This document shows positions 54,584 to 61,496 of a DNA stretch of 64,000 nucleotides, one piece after another. Each line of letters opens with the position of its first letter. Position 1 is the stretch's first letter. The notes below the pieces were generated by a model. That model did no database searches, was not told the origin of the DNA, and was given only the letters and a program-made list of their open reading frames with translations. The translations under genes were made by a program, and so were the position numbers. The DNA comes from Pirellula sp. (GTDB lineage Bacteria; Planctomycetota; Planctomycetia; Pirellulales; Pirellulaceae), in assembly GCA_043757445.1 (NCBI GenBank), contig JAYVPJ010000079.1:74301-138300 (forward strand). Reading direction: 5' to 3'.

Positions 54584-56944
54584 GTTTCGACCTGCTTTTA
54601 GATGCTTACTCAAGAAATCAAACGTCCCTTTGCCGTTGATCGTATGCGGACCAGCGAACCACTCTATTCGACATCGGTCCGGCAGTCCCAGTTTAGCGGA
54701 GTAAAGTCGATTGACCTTTGCAAACTCCAATGCGACGCGTTCGTCAGGGGCGACGCCGTCAAAGTGCCCTCGCTCCACCATAAATGGTCGCGGTGCAATC
54801 AAGGCAGCCATCTCCGCGTAATTGAAATGATTGCCTAGTCCAAACTCGAAAATTTCGTATTCGTTCGTCCAAACGTAACTGTATGGACTGGTTGTGCTCG
54901 CATTCTTCCAAACCCAATCGTTGAAGTCGGCAGAGCAAATCGACAGACAATACTCTGGTACCAAAGCCGGGATGCGCATGGCGCTTTTTCCGCCATACGA
55001 TAGTCCATAGAACGCAATTCGTTTTGGATCAATCTCGTCGCGTTCTCCGAGCCAGCGAACTATTTGTTTGTGCTGAGCCACGATCGTCGAGAACAGGGTC
55101 TTACCCAACGGATTGCTCTTGCGTTGCAAGGTGCGAAAGCGATCTTGAAAAAGGTATAGATTCTGTGGTGCGAAGACGACGTATCCTTGTTCGACCAACT
55201 GCCTTGAAACATCATGGTACGCTGGATGGTCACCTTGAATCGTATCGCTCGGTCGGCCCTCGAGCCCGTGTTGGAACACCACACAAGGTCGATTCTTCAC
55301 AGGCTTTCCATCGCGAGGGATGAGCAGTGTTCCATATGCGATGACATCCTCATGAACATCTAAAACCAGTTCATAACCAAGCCATTTAGGCTCGTCGTAA
55401 ATCAACCTGGTTCTCGGCTCTAGCGGAACCGCCTCCCATCCCCAATCGCCTATCGTCTCATTTTTGAAGAACTCGCGGTATGGCTCAATGGTTTCGCTAA
55501 AACTTTGGAGCGACTTCGTGTCGAGCTTGCTCCAATATTGATCGCGTTCACTAGCCGACCGTTCAAGAATCGCTTGTTGAAATCGATTCCATTTTGATAG
55601 TGTCTCGGCTCGTCGCGTTTCCTCCGACGTCACAATACGATCCGTCCACGGCAGGGGACGTAGTACTTTGGAAACACGCGATGGTTCCTGGATGCCAATT
55701 GATTTCAGGCTCGTTTGAAGCGAGTTCAGCGTCGATGCCATAGGCTTGGTGTTTGCGTCCGTTGGTTTAACGATTTGAATGCGCGAAGTTAGTTGCCACG
55801 GAGTTAGCATCGTCTCGGTCCGTTGCACTTCGACCTGAGCTTGTTCCAACGAAGGACCGTCCAACACTCCAGGAGCTCCACCCTCACCTAAAATGTTTAC
55901 GGTTGGCCCAGGAACCGCATCGATAATGAGCACTCTAGGTGCGACCAATGCCGCAAGCTGCGCGTCGCCAAAATGATTGAGCAATCCATGTACATTGCGA
56001 TGAATCGGTTCTGACCAAATGCCCTCACGAGGACCGAAATGCCCAGAAACACAGGCGGCTTGAATCCGCGTGTCGACAGCGGCCGCGTACAAAGCTAGGC
56101 TTCCACCCTCGCCCCAACCAGCTACCAAGTTTGGATGGTCGCCATAGGTGGACTGCAATGCTTCAAAAGCCGCTGAGATTTCATGAACCTGATAGCCTAT
56201 CACATGCCGACCAAGCACAAACGCCGAGCGGTAGAGGAATTCTTGATCGGTGAGTTGGGCCCGACCATTTCTGGCTTCGCGGTTTCTGCGGATCGTATCA
56301 GGGACCACAACGATGCCGCCCCGGGCCGCTAGTTCCAATGCAACCAACGATGAGTTCTCATCGTATCCACAGAGTTGTTTCGGCGATTGACCTGCATCAG
56401 GAAAGACGACGGCGTGGAAGCGAACTTCGCCGTTTGGAACGACTAGCAATCCAGTAGCATCAACGCCTTCAAAAATCGGCCACCGAACAGAATAGATCTT
56501 GCACGATTCGTTCATAGCCACCCATTTGGTATCGCTTCCGATGGGTGGAACGGAGGATTGGATGGTAAAAGATTTGCAGTTGACTCGCGTATCGATTAGG
56601 CCAATTCGCTGCTGCAACTCCTCTCGAAGCATCCGGGTCGCTGCCGAATACGCATCTGCTTCGGCAGCCTTCGTTTGCGAATCGCTCGGCTTCGGCCATT
56701 GCGAAATTCGCTTTCGAACAGATTGGTCTAATTCCGTCAGCAGGAAACGCTCCACCCCGTCAACCAATGCAGACGCTATGTCTCCTTGAGTGCCTAAGAT
56801 CGACGTTCCATCGAGTACCTTCGCGGTGGCAGGATCTTGAGCGTACGCAAGCTGCACTACGAAAATTGGCTGGCAGACGATCAGCAAACACACGGTCCAA
56901 GAAACGGAGCGGATCGATCGCTTGTAATTAGTGGTCAATTGCAT
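54581..56944 (-). CDS. secreted large alpha/beta-hydrolase-fold protein (two hydrolase-like halves)
   Basis: Signal-peptide start MQLTTNYKRSIRSVSWTVCLLIVCQPIFVVQLAYA at 56944. The upstream 49 codons of the ORF lie in a palindromic repeat. C-terminal half has the nucleophile elbow GLSYGG plus a HFDGV / GPHT region. The N-terminal half has a degenerate GWGEGGS. Confidence 0.65.
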   Translation of the reverse strand: MQLTTNYKRSIRSVSWTVCLLIVCQPIFVVQLAYAQDPATAKVLDGTSILGTQGDIASALVDGVERFLLTELDQSVRKRISQWPKPSDSQTKAAEADAYSAATRMLREELQQRIGLIDTRVNCKSFTIQSSVPPIGSDTKWVAMNESCKIYSVRWPIFEGVDATGLLVVPNGEVRFHAVVFPDAGQSPKQLCGYDENSSLVALELAARGGIVVVPDTIRRNREARNGRAQLTDQEFLYRSAFVLGRHVIGYQVHEISAAFEALQSTYGDHPNLVAGWGEGGSLALYAAAVDTRIQAACVSGHFGPREGIWSEPIHRNVHGLLNHFGDAQLAALVAPRVLIIDAVPGPTVNILGEGGAPGVLDGPSLEQAQVEVQRTETMLTPWQLTSRIQIVKPTDANTKPMASTLNSLQTSLKSIGIQEPSRVSKVLRPLPWTDRIVTSEETRRAETLSKWNRFQQAILERSASERDQYWSKLDTKSLQSFSETIEPYREFFKNETIGDWGWEAVPLEPRTRLIYDEPKWLGYELVLDVHEDVIAYGTLLIPRDGKPVKNRPCVVFQHGLEGRPSDTIQGDHPAYHDVSRQLVEQGYVVFAPQNLYLFQDRFRTLQRKSNPLGKTLFSTIVAQHKQIVRWLGERDEIDPKRIAFYGLSYGGKSAMRIPALVPEYCLSICSADFNDWVWKNASTTSPYSYVWTNEYEIFEFGLGNHFNYAEMAALIAPRPFMVERGHFDGVAPDERVALEFAKVNRLYSAKLGLPDRCRIEWFAGPHTINGKGTFDFLSKHLKAGRN

Positions 56945-56959
56945 CTCACGGCAAAAGTA

Positions 56960-57050
56960 GCAGTTGGTGGTGGATCTTGTTAAAGATCCTTTGCCGCAAG
57001 GATCTTTAACAAGATCCACTACCCACAAAATCGAAGTAGTCGAGGCACTA
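56960..57050 (+). repeat. palindromic repeat (copy 2, intact): 22-bp perfect stem, 6-nt loop
   Basis: GTGGATCTTGTTAAAGATCCTT (56970-56991) pairs with AAGGATCTTTAACAAGATCCAC (56998-57019), extendable to 26 bp. Each arm contains the mini-palindrome GGATCTT-GTTA-AAGATCC. The tail CACAAAATCGAAGTAGTCGAGGCACTA is shared with copy 1. Confidence 0.9.
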
Positions 57051-57135
57051 AGCCCGAGACTCAAAACGGCCCAGCGGCTTACGGAGCACAATCCATCATA
57101 GCGTTGCCCTGGGGGCCATGCTACGGCGGGACGAC

Positions 57136-58263
57136 CTAACGGCGAAGTCCGCTCGTTGAATCACTGTTAAGCATAGGGGATGCAATCCGCGTCGTGTTTT
57201 GCGTTCCAGAATTGGCCGAAGTATTTTGCTGGAAGTTTTGCGGGTTTTTCTCCTGGTTCGCCAGCAGGCCTCCGCTACGGCCATTCGGCGAGGGATCGGA
57301 AAGTTGGGAAAACGACATGTCCAGCATCGACTGCAACCGTTCTACTTCAGGATTGTTGGTTTTGGACGCAATCAATCGTCCCAATGTCATTCGAGCCGGG
57401 ACAAGTTCGCCGATGCGATGCTGTGCTCGAACCAGTTGTATTTGTTTGTCGATTCGGTCGCTTGGCATCCGCTCCGAAGCCATGGCAAGCGCTACTGCGG
57501 CTTCTGAAGTGCGGTCCAAATCGGCGAGCGCCATGCCGCGTATTAGAAGCGATTCCGGTTCCGTACTAGCGGAAGGATGTAGGTCCGCCATGCGGTCTAA
57601 CGCCGCCAATGTACGTTGTGGTCGTCCCGTAGAGCGATAGATTTCGGCGACAACCAGTTGTACGCGAGGGTAGTCGCTCCGAATCAATAGGGCACGATGG
57701 TAACATTCCAATGCAGCAGACCAATCGCGTTCGGATTGGTGGCTGTCTCCCAGCAGAGCCCACGCTTCGGCGTTACTTCGATTCGCCGACAAAACCCCGA
57801 GCGCATATTCTCTGGCTGCACTCCGATCTCCCACATCGAGATTCATTTCGCCGAGTCGGACTGCATATTCGGGGTTTCGCCCAGAAAGACGAACTGCTTC
57901 GCGCATGTGCTCGATAGCTCGCTGCCTGTCTCCTCGTTGCCAAAGCGTCATCGCATAGCCCCAATGAGCGCGTTCGTCTAAAGATGAATTGCGCAAGGCT
58001 TCCGAAAAGAGCATCTCGGCATCTTGCGGGCGTGAACGTTGCAATGCGTCCGCGCCCCGCAATGACAACTGCCTAGCTTGAACAAGTTTCGAATTGGATT
58101 TCCCGTGAACAAAGCTGCGGCAGCCCAGCCCCGTGCAGCAATTCATGAGGACCCATACCCAAAACAGCACGATGCCGAGACATGGCTCGGAATGATGTTG
58201 TGTTGGTTTGAAACGACGCATCGTAGTCAGATGTCCGCGAGTCCTATCAGCAGCTGCGCGCAC
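57136..58263 (-). CDS. TPR-repeat protein with N-terminal membrane/signal anchor
   Basis: Hydrophobic segment LGIVLFWVWVLMNCCTGLGC, then about 6 TPR-like units (e.g. AEAWALLGDSHQSERDWSAALECYHRALLIRSDY). The start is possibly the internal Met (MRRFKPT) at 58221. Confidence 0.65.
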   Translation of the reverse strand: MRAAADRTRGHLTTMRRFKPTQHHSEPCLGIVLFWVWVLMNCCTGLGCRSFVHGKSNSKLVQARQLSLRGADALQRSRPQDAEMLFSEALRNSSLDERAHWGYAMTLWQRGDRQRAIEHMREAVRLSGRNPEYAVRLGEMNLDVGDRSAAREYALGVLSANRSNAEAWALLGDSHQSERDWSAALECYHRALLIRSDYPRVQLVVAEIYRSTGRPQRTLAALDRMADLHPSASTEPESLLIRGMALADLDRTSEAAVALAMASERMPSDRIDKQIQLVRAQHRIGELVPARMTLGRLIASKTNNPEVERLQSMLDMSFSQLSDPSPNGRSGGLLANQEKNPQNFQQNTSANSGTQNTTRIASPMLNSDSTSGLRR

Positions 58264-58553
58264 CGCCTGCGCACTTTTCCAAATAATTAGTACCAGATCT
58301 TACCTGTCGCTCTCAAGATAAGCCGGGTAGTTTGGATGAAGTGCTAGCATTGCAGAGGGGGTGTTGCCGCAAGCCTAGCCCGGAGTCGCCTAGCAAAAAG
58401 CAAGCCTGTCCTAATCGAAAGAAGCCAGAAGCTACCGAAGTAACCTTTGGCTTGCGGCATCCAATTTCGATTGGTTTTGCGTAGGGCCATCCCGCAATGT
58501 CAAACTGTGCCTGAGGGGCCATTTCATTGTCAACCATAAATGGATGGCCTCAG

Positions 58554-58682
58554 CGTGAGATATTTAGCCACAAAAAACACAAGCCGCACAAAACAAAAAT
58601 TGGTCTTGAGAAACCACCTAATCGAAATCCAACTTTTGTGATCTCTGTGCCTTCTTGTGGCAAGCTGTGACCGCCGCGGAAT
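58554..58682. repeat. 129-nt repeat, copy 1 (internally palindromic)
   Basis: CGTGAGATATTTAGCCACAAAAAACACAAGCCGCACAAAAC...TTTTGTGATCTCTGTGCCTTCTTGTGGCAAGCTGTGACCGCCGCGGAAT. It matches copy 2 at 126 of 129 positions. Confidence 0.9.
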
Positions 58683-58740
58683 CGAAGCGATCGGCATTGA
58701 TGAGAGTATCACAAGGGATATCCTCAGGAATTGGCCCCAT

Positions 58741-58869
58741 CGTGAGATATCTAGCCACAAAAAACACAAGCCGCACAAAACAAGAATTGGTCTTGAGAAA
58801 CCACCTAATCGAAATCCAACTTTTGTGATCTCTGTGCCTTTTTGTGGCAAGCTGTGACCGCCGCGGAAT
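58741..58869. repeat. 129-nt repeat, copy 2; its last base abuts or overlaps the ABC ATPase stop codon
   Basis: A direct copy 187 nt from copy 1, with a 58-nt unique spacer between them. Confidence 0.9.
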
Positions 58870-59789
58870 TAGGCTCCTAACGTGATCTCGATAGCCGATG
58901 GTTTTGCGATCGAGACAAAGATATCGTGCAACGACGGCTTCACCATCTCGAAATGTTCGACGTCACCCGCCGACATCAGCGATTGCAATATCTCACGGCG
59001 GTTTGCGTCCGTGGACAAAACCAGATCCTTACTACGTCCACGGTCGATCTGTTCGAGCACCCCCGGTATGGTTTGCGGAATAGTCTCACGGTTTGCCAAT
59101 CGCACGCGGAGCCGCGGTTCACCATGCTGATGGGCAATCTGCTCCATTGAATCGTCCAGAACTTTCTTGCCTTGAAATATCATGCATACCCGATCGCACA
59201 TTTGCTCAGCCATCCCCATATCATGAGTGCTGAAGATGACGGTGGCGCCTGCATCACGCAATCGCAATACTGCATCTCTTAGCACTTCCATATTTACCGG
59301 ATCAAGACCCGTAAAGGGTTCATCCAGAATCACCAACTTTGGATTCGAGACGACGGCACTTATGAACTGAATTTTTTGGGCCATCCCTTTCGACAACTGA
59401 TCGATTCGCTTCTTGTGCCAGTCGTCCGCACCCAGTTCCTTGAGCCAATGCTCGATGCTTGCGTCGGGTTGTTGCATGCCTTTGATTTTGGCAAAGTACC
59501 GCAAAACACGCTTGACCGTCATGCGTCGATACAAACCACGTTCTTCCGGCAGATAACCGACCCGATCGTCGGCGCATTCACCATGCTCATTCCCCAGGAC
59601 GGTGACGGATCCCGTATCCGGCTTGTAAATGCGAAGAATCATTCGCATGGTGGTCGTTTTGCCCGAACCATTTGGACCGATAAAGCCATAGATGGAGCCG
59701 GTCGGAACCGACAAATCCATGGGATGGACCGCTTGATGGCTACCGAACTTTTTGGACACTCCATGGAGTTCAACGGCCAGCGAATTCAT
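58869..59789 (-). CDS. ABC transporter ATP-binding protein with C-terminal DUF4162-like domain
   Basis: Walker A GPNGSGKTT, signature LSKGMAQK, Walker B ILDEPFTGLDP and an H-loop STHDM. About 90-aa C-terminal extension typical of ABC-2-type exporter ATPases. Confidence 0.9.
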   Translation of the reverse strand: MNSLAVELHGVSKKFGSHQAVHPMDLSVPTGSIYGFIGPNGSGKTTTMRMILRIYKPDTGSVTVLGNEHGECADDRVGYLPEERGLYRRMTVKRVLRYFAKIKGMQQPDASIEHWLKELGADDWHKKRIDQLSKGMAQKIQFISAVVSNPKLVILDEPFTGLDPVNMEVLRDAVLRLRDAGATVIFSTHDMGMAEQMCDRVCMIFQGKKVLDDSMEQIAHQHGEPRLRVRLANRETIPQTIPGVLEQIDRGRSKDLVLSTDANRREILQSLMSAGDVEHFEMVKPSLHDIFVSIAKPSAIEITLGA

Positions 59790-59955
59790 TTGGAAAAAAA
59801 GCGGGTTGGGAGGGTGTACTTAGTCAAGTCATTCACTATGATGAATTTCGGATTGACCGAGTATAACAAGTTTTTAAGACCGTATACCGTCAGCCTACCG
59901 TTGCCAGTTTCCCTACCCTTCCCAAATGGTTGCATTGGTTCAAAGACTTGATGGA

Positions 59956-61416
59956 CTAAATAGCGAGTAGCAATCGGCTTGGTGCTTCCAAGTAGGCGAT
60001 AATGTCGTTTAAGAACCTCGCGGCGGTTGCACCGTCTACGGAACGATGATCATAGGCTAAGCTCAATGGCATCATCAGTCGCACTTTGATGGAGTCATCA
60101 TCCATGACGATAGGCAGCTTGCGAGATCGACCTACTAGCAAAATCGCAACCTCCGGTACGTTTACAATCGGTGTCGAATAGGTTCCGCCAATCGCACCGA
60201 GATTGCTGATCGTAAAGGTCCCGCCTCGCAAGTCACTAACTGCATAGCTGTTGTTACGAACGCGGGAGGACAGGTCTGACAAAGCATAAGCGATATCGGG
60301 AATCGACATCCGATCAGCGTTCTTTAGGGTTGGTACGACCAGTCCTCTTTCACCGTCGACTGCGATCCCAACATTCACATAGTCCTTGTAAATAATCTGC
60401 TCGTTGTCCATATCGATCGAGGCGTTGAGGGCAGGATGATGCTTCAACGCAGTTGCAACGGCTTTGATCAGAAATGGCATCGTCGTCAGCTTAATGCCGC
60501 GCGACGCATAGTCGTCCTTGCTGGCTTGGCGAATGGCTTCAAGGTCGGTAATGTCCGCGTCATCAAAGTTAACGACGCGAGGAACTGTCGACCAGGACTT
60601 TTGCATTTGGGCTGCGATGGTCTTTCGGATCTTGGTCATACGATCTACGCGGATCGGTCCATAATCATCGTTGGCGGCTGTTCCTGGTAAGACTGTCCCT
60701 TTGGCGCTGGTGGCTGGCTTCGATGTGGGCGCATCGCTCCCGATCGTTGCAGTCGTGTTTGTTGCAGGTGCCGGTGGCGCACTTCGAGCGCCCTGATTTG
60801 CTTGACGAACAACAGCGAGAATGTCATCGCGAGTGATTCGACCGCCGTCGCCTGTCCCAGCTACACTGATAAGGTCTACGCCAACCTCACGTGCGAACCG
60901 CCTGATCGCCGGACCGGCTGCAATGACGTCGTCGCTAAAGGGTGTGCCAGCATCGGCGGAAGCTGGCTGCTCGGATGCAACCAGTGCTGTCGGAACAATG
61001 ATGGGTGCCGCAGGCTTGGTGGGGATGGGTGCCGCAGGCTTGGCGGGGATGGGTGCCGCAGGCTTGGTGGGGACCACCGCAATCGGAGCGGTTGGTGAGT
61101 GCGCCTCGACCTTTGGAGCTACGTCGTGGCGGACGCTGCTAGCGTCCGTGGAAGGAGCTGCTTGAGGTGTGGCGGCCTCGACCGCTTCAATGGAGGCAAG
61201 GGCCATTCCAATGGAAACCGTTTGGCCTTCCTTGATCGCAATGCTCAAAATCTTGCCTGCCAACGGGCTTGGTACCGAGACCGTCGCTTTGTCGGTTTCC
61301 AATTCAACGATCGATTGGTCCTTCTTGATGACATCCCCTACCTTGACCAAAATCTCGAGGACATCACCCGATTCGATGCCTTCACCAAGGGATGGAAGTT
61401 TGATTTCAATTGGCAT
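59956..61416 (-). CDS. aceF: dihydrolipoyllysine-residue acetyltransferase (E2) of pyruvate dehydrogenase
   Basis: One lipoyl domain (VELETDKATVSVPSP), a Pro/Ala linker, an E3-binding domain (AGPAIRRFAREVGVDL) and a catalytic domain with DHRSVDGA. Confidence 0.95.
   Translation of the reverse strand: MPIEIKLPSLGEGIESGDVLEILVKVGDVIKKDQSIVELETDKATVSVPSPLAGKILSIAIKEGQTVSIGMALASIEAVEAATPQAAPSTDASSVRHDVAPKVEAHSPTAPIAVVPTKPAAPIPAKPAAPIPTKPAAPIIVPTALVASEQPASADAGTPFSDDVIAAGPAIRRFAREVGVDLISVAGTGDGGRITRDDILAVVRQANQGARSAPPAPATNTTATIGSDAPTSKPATSAKGTVLPGTAANDDYGPIRVDRMTKIRKTIAAQMQKSWSTVPRVVNFDDADITDLEAIRQASKDDYASRGIKLTTMPFLIKAVATALKHHPALNASIDMDNEQIIYKDYVNVGIAVDGERGLVVPTLKNADRMSIPDIAYALSDLSSRVRNNSYAVSDLRGGTFTISNLGAIGGTYSTPIVNVPEVAILLVGRSRKLPIVMDDDSIKVRLMMPLSLAYDHRSVDGATAARFLNDIIAYLEAPSRLLLAI
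61003..61074 (-). repeat. in-frame 24-nt tandem repeat x3 encoding the E2 linker (xKPAAPIP)
   Basis: GGGTGCCGCAGGCTTGGYGGGGAT x3 on the plus strand, which gives PTKPAAPIPAKPAAPIPTKPAAPI in the protein. Confidence 0.9.
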
Positions 61417-61496
61417 TATTTATTTATTGGAAGCAAGTGGATAGAAGGTGTTTTTTGGTGATGAAACAATCGCGCCCTGGTGGGCTGGCCTGCCCA

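Noticed and set aside
56945-57091. N-terminal 49-codon extension of the large hydrolase ORF, and the similar small ORF 54281-54475
   Set aside because: Both translate the palindromic repeat (GKGSLTRSTTNC... appears in both). A canonical signal peptide begins at the internal Met at 56944.
58554-58869. Possible CRISPR-like array (two direct repeats separated by a unique spacer)
   Set aside because: There are only two copies. The repeats are 129 nt, far longer than CRISPR repeats, and are internally palindromic. The spacer is 58 nt, and no cas genes are in the window.
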